Below, piece by piece: positions 1 to 12,900 of a stretch of 64,000 nt of DNA. The position numbers were made by a program, and so were the translations under genes. Within the stretch, counting starts at the first letter, position 1; each line of letters opens with the position of its first letter. The notes beneath the pieces are model-generated. The model was not told the DNA's origin, did no database searches, and saw nothing but the letters and a program-made list of their open reading frames with translations. The stretch is from Azolla caroliniana (Eukaryota; Plantae; Polypodiophyta), in NCBI GenBank assembly GCA_043228905.1, contig JBHGNT010000004.1:25482001-25546000 (forward strand), in the 5' to 3' direction.

Positions 1-218
1 GTTTAGCTGAGAATGTAAGTAATGCGACTACCATCATAGAGAGAAAGGTTGTAGACTATTTCAATGTTCAAACCAAGCACATCAGCAATGAAGAAAAGAA
101 GGTAGTACTTTATGGAATATGTAATGATCCATCGATAAAGGACTTAGTTGATTGTGATGGTCTTAATGCAAACATATCATCTGTTTTAGTAAATAATCTT
201 CGTAATAGTTTCGTATCC

Positions 219-3001
219 ATGAGCAGGTCAAAAGATGATCTTGTCTTAAAAAGGTCTAGTCTAATGATGTTACTTAATAGTGATGTTGACGATATAAACA
301 TCAGTGAGCTATCTAAGGTAATTGGTGTTAGTAGAAAAACAGTGTACAATACAATGAACCGTATAATTTCCTTGGGTGAAGGAACTACAAGATGTAAGCC
401 AATGACACCCATAACATTTGAAATCAAGGATGTAATCACAATGTTTTGGACTAATGAGAGTAGGGTTTCACCCAATAAAAAGGATTTATGCAGGAAACAT
501 GTTGGAAGAAATCAATACGAGGAGCATCCCATTCATCTTCTTGATGTACCTCAGGTATTTACATTTATCTCAACATTTGTTTTGACTCTACACGGAAAGT
601 TAATTAGCTCAGTTAGCAAAAAAGCTAATTAGCTTATCAGTTACATTTACCTCAGTTAGCTACTAGGATAGCTACTACATAGGTAATTGGCTACTCTCAA
701 TAGCTACTACCATGATAGCTAATTAGCTATTCTCAATAGCTAATTTAGTTACTACCAGATAATTAGCTACCAAAATAGCTAACTAGCTACCAGGACAACT
801 AATTAGCTACTAGGAAAGCTAATTAGCTACTAGGACAGCTAATTAGCCACCATGATAGCTAATTAGCTACTAGACTAGCTAATTAGCTACCATGATAGCT
901 AATTAACTACTAGGACAGCTAATTAGCTACAATGACAGCTAATTAGCTACTAGGACAACTAATTAGCTACCATGACAACTAATTAGTTACCAGAATAGCT
1001 AATTAGCTACTAGAATAGCTAATTAGCTACCATGATAGCTAATTAGCTACTAGGATATCTAATTAGCTACTAGGATAGCTAATTAGCTACCATGATAGCT
1101 AATTAGCTACTAGGATAGTTAGCTAGTTATGAGAATAACTAATTCCCCTTTATTACGCAGGTCGATTTATTTATTAGGTTCAAACGAATGCATCCAAATA
1201 TCAAAGTTCAACCACAAACATTCGAGTCTCTTAAGCCACACTTTGTGAGACGCTTAAAGGATCGATACACATGTTGTTGCATTTACCATGTACAGATGGG
1301 TTTTCTGAAGGACTCTATTAATCTACTGCGTCACCATAACGCATCCCTAACTAATACAGTTTGCACATGTGGGTGCCCAATCTGTCGATCAAGCCCGCAA
1401 GAGGAGTGTAAATCATCTAAGCACGTTATCTCTTCCATGAGTTATTTATTAGATTCAATATTGTGTCCGAGAGAAACTGACGCTATCTTCCATATTCATA
1501 AATGTGTCATGGGTTTATGTCAAGATTGTGGCCCTACTAGATTTAGGTGGTGTCCAAATGAATTGAGTAGTGAAATATTGATCTTTGTGAAGTTATTTGA
1601 GTTAGTGAACACCAATTTCGAAGGAAAGGTGTGTAAAAGAAAGGTCTAGTTCGGAAGATGCTTAAACCAAGGGATTTGGTGTCTCTGTTTGTAGTATCTC
1701 TAGGAAAGTTCATTAAACACAACTTCATTTATTCATGGCAAGCCCATCAATTTAAGACTTGCATATCTGATTTCCCAAATGATGTAGTAGTCTCAGTAGT
1801 AGATTTCGCAGAGAATTATACTTTCAAGCAGCAGAATGAAATTCAATCTATGCATTGGTGTTCAGTTCAGGTAACCATTTTTGTGCACATAACATATTTT
1901 CGAGTTTCAGGTGATGTTAAAAAAGTAATTCATTTCTTTATTTCTGATGATAAGAAGCATGATACCTTGTTCGTCCAACACTGTTTTAAGTTACATTGGC
2001 AGTGGTTATTAGCTCAATGTTTGGAGCTTACTCAACATTGGGTCTAGTCTGACGAAGTTGCGTCACAATTCAAGGCTCGACATCCATTTTATTTCGTGGG
2101 GAGGTATCCTGCTATAACAGGTTTGGAGATGAGATGGATTTTTTTTGGGTCTAACCATGGTAAAGGTGAACATGATGGTGCAAGGGCTGTTATAAAGCGG
2201 GCACTTACCCATGAACAACTAAAGACAGATGGTGTGCACATGAATTGTGCATCACATGTAGTTGAATTTTTAAGAACAAATATGTCAACGAGTGCAACAG
2301 GTGTTTATTCCTGGCAAGTCCGAGATATCAAACGTGAATTTTGGGAAGTGAAGATAGATGAAGTAAATAGGGAGAAGACCTGGGAGTGCCAAGGAATTCC
2401 CGAATTGCGATCTTTGCATGTTGTTCGTGGTTATTCCAGGTTGGATGGTCATTGTATTGTGGTTAGAGAATTGACTTATTTTTGCTTCCATTGTGTGCAG
2501 GGAAATTGGAGATATTGTCTAAACAAAGCATACATTCAGAATTGGGAGTATCACACTCTGAATGATAAGGAAGCAGTTGATGGAGAAACAGGGCAGAATG
2601 CTGACTTCACATATGAGGGACTTGGAGATACTTTGAGTGATGTCCTGAACGTTGGGGATAACTTCGCTGTAAATGTTGAAGAAGGCAATTCAGAGGGTGC
2701 TGATTTCTATATATTGAAGTGCATGGTTAGTAAACAGTGTGCAAGGCAGAATATTGTATATGCATGGGGAAATTTTGTATCTGCCGGGACATTCTACATC
2801 GAAGGCATTTTTTATGCAAAACTAGATGACTACGAATATGTGTACAGGCTGTTAGAAGACAAACCAGCGGCGTACATGTACTCTCATTTGGTTAGGTGCA
2901 TCAACGTCCCAATGTCAAAATACAATAGCTGCTCAGGTTTATACACTGTTGGTGCTGATGTGTATGAATGTATTTACAATAGTATGCCATGGAATTTGTA
3001 G
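219..3001 (+). pseudogene. Sola2-type DDD transposase, decayed (5' start uncertain); intron 555-1160, frameshift ~1645, in-frame stop 2045-2047
   Basis: Splicing GT555..AG1160 joins ...LLDVPQ|VDLFIRFKRMHPNIK in frame. Cys-rich CCCxxH/CxCxC region, then VVDFAENY-QSMHW, ISDDKKHD, HWV*SDEVASQFK and FFGSNHGKGEHDG. Superfamily assigned from recalled motifs, not a search. Confidence 0.75.
600..1140. repeat. Tandem array (~20-bp units) of the palindrome TAGCTAATTAGCTA inside the transposase intron
   Basis: Directly visible repeated units such as 'gatagctaattagctactag'. Confidence 0.95.
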
Positions 3002-5164
3002 CTACAAGTAGCAATTACCATGTTCTCTTGTAAAACAAACATGTATTTCGCAAAAACAGTTAAATAAATTCGTTTGAGAATCAATTTCTTGTATATAGTC
3101 TGCTTTTTGTGCTTCTTTCTCAATAAAATCATGTCTTTTTTGTTAAGTTTTAAGTTATAAGTTATAGCGAAATAGTCATCAGTAGCTAATTAGCTGTACA
3201 AATGCAACTAATTAGCTGTCAATAGCTAAATAGTCATCAATAGCATGAAATCAACAAACTGCAACATATTCCTCAAATTACACAGTAGATAAGTACAGTG
3301 GGAACAAGTAATTAAATTCTTCATTGAATAATGTCATCTCTTTACATATTTATAAATTACCATTGGAAATGTCTACAAATCTCCTATAAACAGCTAAGCT
3401 CTTGCTAGTCAGTGGAACGAGTCTACATATATTATCCGCATATCGAGCTTGGTATGGAGTCTACAACCATGCACCTAGTTGGTAGCTCACTGTTTGCACC
3501 AGGTACTGTTCAGGCATTTCCTCGGGTAGAATGAGACAGCATCTCCGAATATTGAAGTAGTGCCGGAAATGTTCTGTATCCAAAATCAATGTGTTGTCGG
3601 CATTATATTCAGGCCAAGTAGCCCAAAAATCAGAAAGTCTTTGGAATCTTGCAGCTTCCATTTGCTCACAATTTTCTCATGCCCATTGACCTTTAAAACG
3701 ACTTCGCCATTTTGGGAAGAATCTTGCTAAACACTTCCACACATCTAATTTTGGTTTTTCACTCCAAATAAACAAATCAAAGTATTGCACAGCCCACTCT
3801 AGAAACTTATTCGCATCCCTCCTTGGTTGCATATATCTCACACTCATCAAGACTTTATCAAGCTCCAAGATCAAGGCTCTTCTTTCGACTTCTAGTGGTT
3901 TAGGTTTCCATTCCTGAAACTAAGCCGCTATTACACCATTTTCTGGTAGGACACGATCAATCTCAATCAATTCAGGTTCGGCCGACACAACTGGTGTCCT
4001 TTTCCTCTTCAAACCCCTAGTCGACTGTGTTGGGCCTAACTTCACATTCTGGTTCTCTTGTTTTGTCGACTTAGTTATCAATCCTTGGATTACCTCAGTG
4101 CATGTAGCTACTAATCTGCTCGATATCAGTCCACTGGTATCACATGTTGCATCTACCTGCAACACCAAGTCATCCATGCAACATGCTGCATCTACCTACA
4201 ACACCAAGTCATCCGTGCAACATGCTTGATCAACTTGTGTGACCAGATCACTTGTGTCAGTTGCTACATCTACTTTCAAGATGGGGCCCTTTAAACACAT
4301 TGCAACATCAACAGTATCCACACTGCCATTGGCCTTACGAGCAATAGAATCAAACCCTTTAGACTCTGCAACATCAGAAAACACCAACATATTCACACTC
4401 ACAAAGTAACTAACAATCTCACAAAACAACATCCTGAACATCAAAGAGTTTCAGTCATAGAACAACACTCTTCAAATTATCTTGGAAAAACATCATAGAG
4501 TTCCATTACATAATGTGGATCAAGTAACAACCAATCTGAGGTTTCACTTGTCCAACAGGATATGAAAACTTCATAAAACCCTAGCAAAATCCCTAAGCTA
4601 ACAATCATATCCAACTAAACAGTATTTCGCTCCACTACGTCTGGGCCCCTTGACCGAGTAACTGGTCTTGTTCTCGATCATGGCCCCTTCTTCAGCCTTT
4701 TTCTGGTCGGTTCCCCATTTAGCCTTGCTTCTTTCGCCCAATGCGCAAGTGTGTCCTCCTCCGACAACCTTCCCATCGCCTCAGCAGCTAATTGCACATC
4801 AGCTGTTTCTTGAACTAGCTTTTCAAGTACAGAGGGATCTGTTTGGACATTTTCAGTAGTTGGGCTCGGTGGGGTGGAATCAAGGTCTTGAGATTCGAAG
4901 AAATGTTGCATCAAGTGTTCATAAACACTGTTGTTGTGAACCTCAGTTTTACATGTTGTTTCCTGGACTATTTCATGGCATTTCACATCGTTGCCTAATT
5001 CAGTACACTGTTCCAAAAGAATAGGGTGGAGCTGATCTAAAGGAGATGTGATAGCAAGACTCTTACTTTCAGCCACGTTGGCAGCAGTATCCTCATCTGT
5101 TGCAGCGTCATCAGCACCAGACACATCATGTGTCGTCCTTAATCCATAAGATTCTACAATAACA

Positions 5165-6215
5165 TGGCAGCTATTTAGGATAGCTAATTAGCTACTTTAC
5201 TAAACTATGGTAGAAGCTACGATAGCTAATTAGCTAGTACGATAGCTAATTAGCTACTTTACTCAACTATGGTAGTAGCTAGGATAGCTAATTAGCTACT
5301 TTACTAACTATGGTAGTAGCTAGGATAGCTAATTAGCTACTTTACTCAACTATGGTAGTAGCTAGGATAGCTAATTAGCTACTTTACTCAACTATGGTAG
5401 TAGCTAGGATAGCTAATTAGCTACTTTTCTCAACCATGGTAATAGCTAGGATAGCTAATTAGCTACTTTTCTCAACCATGGTAATAGCTAGGATAGCTAA
5501 TTAGCTACTGTACACAACTATGGCAGTAGCTAATTAGCTAGTAGGATAGCTAATTAGCTACAATGATAGCTAATTAGCTACTTTCTCAACTATGTAGTAG
5601 CTAGGATAGCTTATTAGCTACTAGGATAGCTAATTAGCTGCCAGTAGCTAATTAGCTACTAGGATAGCTTATTAGCTACTTTACACAACTATGGTAGTAG
5701 CTAATTAGCTAGTACGATAGCTAATTAGCTACAATGATACCTAATGAGCTACTTTCTCAACTATGTAGTAGCTAGGATAGCTTATTAGCTACTAGGATAG
5801 CTAATTAGCTGCCAATAGCTAATTAGCTACTAGGATAGCTTATTAGCTACTTTACACAACTATGGCAGAAACTAATTAGCTACTAGGATAGCTAATTAGC
5901 TAGTAGCTCATTAGCTGCCAGTAGCTAATTAGCTAGTAGGATAGCTAATTAGCTACTTTACACAACTATGGTACTAGTTAATTAGCTATGAGTAGCTAAC
6001 TAGCTGCCAGTAGGATAGGTAATTAGCTAGTAGCTAACTAGCTGCCACTTAGCTAATTAACTACTGTAGTAAACTATGGCAGTAGCTAATTAGCTAATAG
6101 GATAGCTATTAGCTGCTTTAATCAACTATGGTAGTAGCTAATTAGCTACAACGATAGCAGCAAAATAGTTTCCATACTTTTTACGGCTTAGCTAATTAGA
6201 AAAGACTAAGCTTAT
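5165..6215. repeat. Second TAGCTAATTAGCTA palindromic array inside the cargo-gene intron
   Basis: Higher-order ~40-bp units 'ggatagctaattagctactttactcaactatggtagtagct' are directly visible. Confidence 0.95.
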
Positions 6216-7599
6216 TAGCTACAGTATGGTATACCTGTTAGTTTTCTCCACTCATTTGGTAGAGTTGTATTGCAATCTCCCAAACAAAATGCAGCAATTC
6301 GACAGGCATGTTGAAAACAAAGCAGATGATATGTGTGGTTGCATGGTTGTAGGTGAACCAACAAAGACACGGTTTTGTCCTCCACACCTAACCCGCAAGC
6401 GATGCAACGTGCTTGAACTATCAATAAATCATTTTCTGGTTCTCCTTCATTTGGTAAGGGAGCAAGAATGTTCAGGTCCAAATCCTATGTGGTCCTTACC
6501 ATTCCCTCCACAAAATGTAGCTGCTTCTTAAGGCAGCTAACTACCTGTTCTTGATGAATGTATTGTTCCTTCAACGCAACAGAGAAATTTATCAATTAAT
6601 TATTCCTGTCTGAGAAAGATACACCAACTTTGCTCAGGAATCGTTAACTTACTTGAAGCTTTTCCAAATTGTAATCTGCAACAGTATTTACACTTAAAAG
6701 GTCCAGGTTCATTGAAAGAACCTGGATCTCTATTTGCAATTGTATTTTACGCTGCGGATCCAATGGCCCCTCTAATTCAAGCTCCTGTTGCGCAACCTAT
6801 TCCAGATAATGCTTGATTAGCACATTTTACCCTTAAAGTTATTTATAACACAATCACATACCAGCAAAACAATAGTTACCTTAATCTTATTTCTAATCGT
6901 TGTAACAACGGAAGTAACTTTGCTCTCCATTGCAGAAGCCATTGTGGCTTTCTCTAAATCAGTCTTAAAAAATGCCAATGTCTCACAGGCTTCATGGACA
7001 TTTTTTAGCATATAGCTAACCAATGTCTCACCTGTATCATCGACATTGGCTTTCCTTGGGTGTCGGTGTGGTGTATGCCCTCGGTTTTGCTGGGAGTCGG
7101 CAGTTGCATCAACAGCTGCCATGCTCCAAAATTTGTCTATTTTTTGTGCCAAGGTCCCCATCTTTCGGCATCTTTTTACCGATGCCTCACCATAGACTGC
7201 CCAAGCTACCCTATACATTTCAGGGTCTCTGGATTCCTTCGTTGTTTTGCAGTACTCATATGCAAATGCTCTAGCAAATGAAACTGACAACTCATTGTTG
7301 AATGGGATCTCCTGATGAACTTTCTGGTGTAGCCTCATGCAGTCATCGTACAAGTCGGCTCGTACATGCTTCAGCTTGACCTTGCCTTTGACTCTAGGCA
7401 CTGTATATACTGTCATCCAGTCTACATCACTGATCAATTTATCACTTAGGACAGCAGGGTCAACACCCTCGAGTGACAGACCATAGGTGTTGTGGAAGTC
7501 CTCCTTTGTCTCGCAAAATTTTGCGAAGTTTAGCACTCTCGGATATGGAGGAACGAGCCATCTGAAATATCATTTTAGAAATCAGAAATAGTGCAAAAT

Positions 7600-8145
7600 C
7601 AGAATATGTCAGAATTAGAAACCCCAATCAACAACAACAGAAATAGTGCAAAATCTTTAACTTAGCAAATCAAAAACCCTAATCATAATTTGTATTCAGA
7701 AATTTGAAATCAGAAACCCTAATCAAAATCTGTAATCAGAAGTTTGAAATCAGAAACCCTAATCAAAATCTGTAATCAGAAGTTTGTAACCATAAACCCT
7801 ATTCAGAAATTCTAATCAGAAATTTATAATCAAAAACCCTAATCAGAAATTTCAATCAGAAGCCCTAATAAAAAATTTCAATCACAAACCCTAATAAAAA
7901 ATTCTAAACAGAAATTTATAAACAAAAACCCTATTCAGAAATTCTAATCTATAATCAAAATTTGTAACCAGAAACCCTATTCAGAAATTCTAATCAGAAA
8001 TTTATAATCAAAAACCCTAATCAGAAATTTCAATCAGACACCCTAATCAGAAATTTCAATCACAAACCCTAATCAGAAATTCTAATTAGAAATTTATAAA
8101 CAAAAACCCTAATCAGAAATTTCAATCAGAAACCCCAATCATCAC
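7600..8145. repeat. Tandem array of AAACCCTAATCAGAAATTT-type units (telomere/telo-box-like core) in a cargo-gene intron
   Basis: Many copies of aaaccctaat separated by cagaaattt(c/a)aat. Confidence 0.85.
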
Positions 8146-8694
8146 TAAAGACAGGATTAAACACAAGAAAAGTAATATAAACACACCTGCTCCTACTCCC
8201 TTATCTGCGAGACATCCTTGTATGGGACTCCAAGGACTTCGCCCTATTCGATTTTGGGGAAATATGAATCGGCACCAAAGTTCAGACAGTAGTCAAAAAG
8301 AAAAAACAAATGTTTGGGGTTTCTGTAACTAAAACATACCTGGACGATGATCGAGCGGGTTCTGTGTTGTAGCTCTCAATCTGCAATGTCGATTTTCTGC
8401 TGATGTGGGAGGTACGTCTGCGTTCGTGCTCTGAGTACTCCATCTACGTTCAAAATCAAACTTAGGCTAAACAGGCAATTGATGACATTGAAGTCGACCT
8501 TAGATGATGGTGTTATTCCCCAAGTTCCACTACGTCTGAAACAGAAGTTCAAATATTTGAGTTTTTTCATAAATTAGTTTTTCAAATATTTGATTTTCCC
8601 ACAAAAAAGACTAGCTAAATAAATAGCTAATTAGCTATGGCCATTTTAGTAGCTAATTAGCTATAATAGTGTTTCCACTCGCATGCTTTTACCC

Positions 8695-9098
8695 AGGTAC
8701 AAGTCGCCTGAGGCGAAATCCTAAGTAGCACGCATTCAGTAGGGAGAGAATCGAGGCGTATCCCTGTCCGAGAGGACAGGGAATAAACATGATGTGACGG
8801 ATGGTAACAATCTCTCTCCTTAGGCTATAAAAGAGAGGGAGAGGTATGGGAAAGATATCGCGTTTTAGCAGAGGACGAATTGTTGCTGGATAGGGACCAA
8901 GCCCTTCTCCTATCCTCTGTTCCCCCTTTAATTGTTCTGTGCAGGTTTTGGGAGGCTGACTCTTCTCCGCGGGACGCCCGAGTGCTACCGGCAGAGTCTC
9001 CATCTCGCGTTCTGTTTGTGTGTGTGTGTGTGCGTGTGTGTGTGTGTGCGTAGGCGTCGGAGCCAGTCACTCGCCAGCTTGCTGGTTGTAACACCTTG

Positions 9099-9129
<31 letters not shown>

Positions 9130-9314
9130 CGTAAACATTCGTTCTGTCTCCATCTGGCGTTCTGTAGCTAATTGCAATTCCTGTGATTTTGTGGGTCTGT
9201 GCGCGCGTGAATTGTATCGCAAGAGTCCTTCCCCTCCCTTCATTCGGTTATTTCTCGGTCCGAGGCCCCAATGGTCCCACCTCGTTCTCCACGCACACGC
9301 ATAACATCGTGACA
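8695..9314 (+). repeat. 5' LTR of gypsy 1 (first ~97 bp missing)
   Basis: Aligns to 18912-19515 with scattered substitutions and (GT)n/(AT)n length differences. Confidence 0.9.
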
Positions 9315-9317
9315 TAT

Positions 9318-9335
9318 TTGGTGAACCCAACATGA
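9318..9335 (+). promoter_or_regulatory. Primer-binding site, tRNA-Trp type (two mismatches)
   Basis: tggtgaacccaacatgaa versus the complement of the plant tRNA-Trp 3' end, TGGTGAACCCGACGTGAA (recalled sequence). Confidence 0.75.
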
Positions 9336-9976
9336 AACAAGCGGCAGAGGAATAGAAAAATGAGAGGGTCGGATATTGCAAAAGCCATGGCTTCGGCTGT
9401 GGATCGGATAGTGAGTGCGCGCGAAGGCACAGGTGCCCTCGATAGGGCTATTGAAGCGGTCGTGGGCATGATAGGCCGGTTCAGTGGGAAGGACGCCACG
9501 AGCTATTTGGAGGCCTACCGAGCCGAAATGGTGATGAGGGACATCCCAGAGGATAGGCGACTGGCCGGATTCCCTCGGGTGGCGATGTCGGGCATCCACG
9601 CGGAGGTGCTTGAGGTACGGGCTGAGAGTCGGACCTAGGAAGAGTTTGAAGGTTGGCTCCTTGAGAAATACGGGCTTGATGACGCGCTTCGGCTGTCGAA
9701 GCGGGACTTCATGGAATGGGTGGAGACCCCCGAAAAAGGGAGGAACGCGTCGGTGCTCCTTCGGGAGTTTGAAGAGCGCTTCGCACGACTTTCGGCGATG
9801 GACCGGACCGTGTTGGACACGAGTCGTGTCCTATTGTTCGTTAAATCGGTGGACGCAAGGGACCGGGAGCAAGTGGGCTTCCTACTGGAGACCGATGACG
9901 GCCTAACCACCGACTCGGCCATGGTAAAGAGAGTCTGCGACCGTTTTGACAAACGGTGTGAGTGGGTCGATAAAGG

Positions 9977-12900
9977 TGTTACCGGCCGGCAAGGAGTCCA
10001 AAATACGGAATTAATTAGATGGTTGTAAATGAGCATAGTGTGGACGGACGGACTGGAAACGGTATGCCGTTCCAGATCCGGACGGATCCCGAATAGGTGC
10101 GAGAGACACCGTTTTGTAATACGGGCCGGAAACCTATTTAAAGGCCCGGACCCCATTGTAATGACAGCGGATAATTAATAGAGCTTATGATGTTTGTATT
10201 TCTGTCTTGATTTCCGTTCTGTAATTACTGTTATATCTTACGCGTGTAATTAACCAAAGCAATCTAATCGTGTAACCTACGTAAGTCGGTGTAATCGTTG
10301 AATCTTAATCCTATGCCGTAATCACCCTTTGGTGAAGTGTCTCCGTGACACCTTGTGTTAGGCCTTGTCCGGCTAAGAGAATAACACAGTTTTGGCGACC
10401 ACGATTCCTGCTTACTCGCAGCGAACGACGGTAATGGATGACTAGACCAACGCACGACTTGGTTACAGACCGAGCTCGACGCATCGCCGAACGGCAAAGA
10501 CGGCGTGAGACTTTCCAGCAAGCAGCGCAGGAAATTCGCTCGGATCGTTCGTTCTCCAACGAGATCCGGAGAGTCGCGGAGGAATCTCTCCGGTTACGGC
10601 AAACTCGCAACCAGGACGACGGAAGCAGTCTAAGTAGTCTCCGGGAAACCGAACGACTCCTGGAGGCGCTGGCAAAACGGACTGGAGGGGTTCTTGGCCA
10701 TCATGGAGGCACCGCCGCACAGAGAAGCAGACCGGGTCATCAAGGAGCTCGCCACAGAGGTCATCACCGAGGAAGCGATCCGCGCGCTAACAGGCCTTCC
10801 GGAGGGAGGAATCTTTCAGATCGATAACCCAACCTCGGAGCAACTCACCCGATATTTCGGTGAGTACTCTGTTGCCGGCAAAGGCTATCGGACGCAGGGC
10901 GGCGAAGATCCGCTATTCAGGGAGATAGCTCGAGTGCTCCATGAGTACGGTCACGTGTACCCCCGACCCCCTGTCATGCCAAAAAATCGGGCAGGGATGA
11001 TCATAGCCACCTATGAAGGGGTCAAGGTGGACTGGCCGGTGTTGATTGCAGACGGGTTGTGCATGGCAATCGACATGGTACGAGGGAAGGACGGCAAGGA
11101 GGGCCGGAAGCTGTGGCACGCCGTAGCTCAATGGATAACATTGCTCGTGCCGCCGGTCGAGACCGCCCAGCCAAAGAAGCGGCCAAGAGTATCGGAAGGA
11201 AGCACCTCGAAGCCGGCGTCCAAACGACAGCAGCTGCTAGCGTCGAAGGCGACGAAAGGGAAGAAACGGGTCCCAGAACCGGAGGAGGTGTCACCGGTCC
11301 GACCCGTCAAGATAACCTTACGGAGACCAGGACAGAAGGAACCGGAACCCTTGACGGCACAGAAACATGCCGTGACACAGGAAGAGGAAACGGAGGAGCC
11401 AGAAGAGCACCTCCAACGACGGTCGAGAAGTAGGACCGCCGAGACAGGAGGGGAGCGGTCGTACCCGCGAGAGGCAGAAACGCCCCCAACTCAACCTGAG
11501 CAAACCACAAGGGAAGAACCGGAACCGGTGCATAGGGAACCGGTCTTGGCGACTTCTATAGAAGAAGTCATGCCAACGGCTGCGGAGACGGCGGGAACCG
11601 GAACGCAACAGCCGGCGAGCACAGCCAGCACACACGGCGGCCAAGGAGTAGAACCAGAACGGCATATGCAGGCACTCAGGCCAGACAAGTCCACAGGGAA
11701 TGAGCCGACCCGGCCAGTACAGCAACAAGGCACCAGTAGCATGTGGCTACGATGGGTAGGCGAGCAAATCGCCGGAGTGGTGGAGTATATAGAGGCGGAA
11801 GAGAGAACGCACCAGGAACGGTTGCTCGTCACAACCGTAGATCTAGAGACGGCCCGGTCCAGAATCCGGAGCCTTGAACAAGACTTGGACAGGGTCACAA
11901 GGGAAACACAAGTCCAAGCACCGGTGACTCCGGGCAATGTACAGAATAAAGTATCAAATCAACCTGTACATAGCAATCAGACCCCGGCAACGGAAACCGT
12001 TCCGGAGAGAAATGCGGCACAAGCCCAAGAGCTTGCGGATTTAAAGGATGAGCTAGCTGCCCAAGAAGCGCTGAGGAGCCGCGAAAGAGAATTGAAGACG
12101 GCAGCGGAGGCAGAACTCAAAAAGACTGCTGAGAATCTACGCCGTGCCGAGGAGAGCTTACGGAAAGGCCATCAAGCATACGACCGGCTCAAGGAGGAAA
12201 AGGAGAAAATGCTGCAAGAGAAGGACAAGCTCCGGAGGAACGCCGAAACAGAAGTAGAGTGCCTGAAAGAGGAACTCCGGCAGGTAAAGGACCGGGAGGA
12301 CCGGAACCATCGCCAAATCAACGGCAAGCTCAAACAAAAAACGGAGGAATTTGAGCAATTGCACCGGGAGTATAAACGGTTGCAAACGGAGCACAAGGAA
12401 CGAACGGATGAGCTCCGGCAAGCCGTTGATCGGACCGCAACCGCATTCGCCAAGGAACAAGCGGAAAACAGAAGACGGTTGGAAGAGGCGGAGAAGGTTC
12501 GGACAGAGCTCCTCAGGCAACAGCAGGCGGAAAAAGAAAGAGCGGCGGAGGTACTGCAGAGGCTGCAAACGACATATCAAGGGCAGCTGACGCGCTACAG
12601 GGAGCAGGCGGAGGATACGGCAAACCTCATCAAGCAGTTGAAGGAGGAGCGACAAGTGGTGGAAAGCAGAGCACAGATGGGAGCAAGTCGCATCCAAGAT
12701 ATAATGCGGGCCTGGTTGAACCAGACCAAGAGCTTGATTGACAACAGTTCAGTCAAATGGTGGACCAAGTGGGCCACGAACGCGGCGGAACTCCAATTAC
12801 TCCGGGCTGACGTAGAGAACCGGCGGAAGGAGGGAGATGATTGCTATATGCTGACTTCCGAAGACTTCACCGGCATAAGAGATGAGCTGGCCGAAGACTT

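Larger units (their letters stand above)
3330..8270 (-). pseudogene. Transposon cargo gene, multi-exon and decayed: N-terminal unknown/helical region + RING-like finger + acidic linker + FCP1/NIF-like HAD domain
   Basis: Putative introns 7562-8186 and 5154-6234; the latter joins ...KLT-E-SYGLRTTHDVSGADD in frame. RING-like CIAC...PCNHTYHLLC...CLGDC at 6215-6481. FCP1-like motifs LILELDKVL, PRRDANKFLEWAVQYFDLFIWS and EYNADNTLILD at 3461-3880. Premature stops present; outer boundaries approximate. Confidence 0.6.
1..8694 (+). mobile_element. Sola2-like DNA transposon, right portion (left end outside window)
   Basis: Contains a transposase with DFAENY / WSD / HGKGxxDG motifs. The TAGCTAATTAGCTA motif recurs up to ~8665. 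The segment ends ...GCATGCTTTTACCC (GGG on the minus strand) exactly where homology to the gypsy LTR begins (8695), ~97 bp into that LTR. Confidence 0.7.

Noticed and set aside
600-1140. Regular palindromic repeats resembling a CRISPR array
   Set aside because: Spacers are only ~6 nt and recur, there are no cas genes, and the context is a eukaryotic intron.
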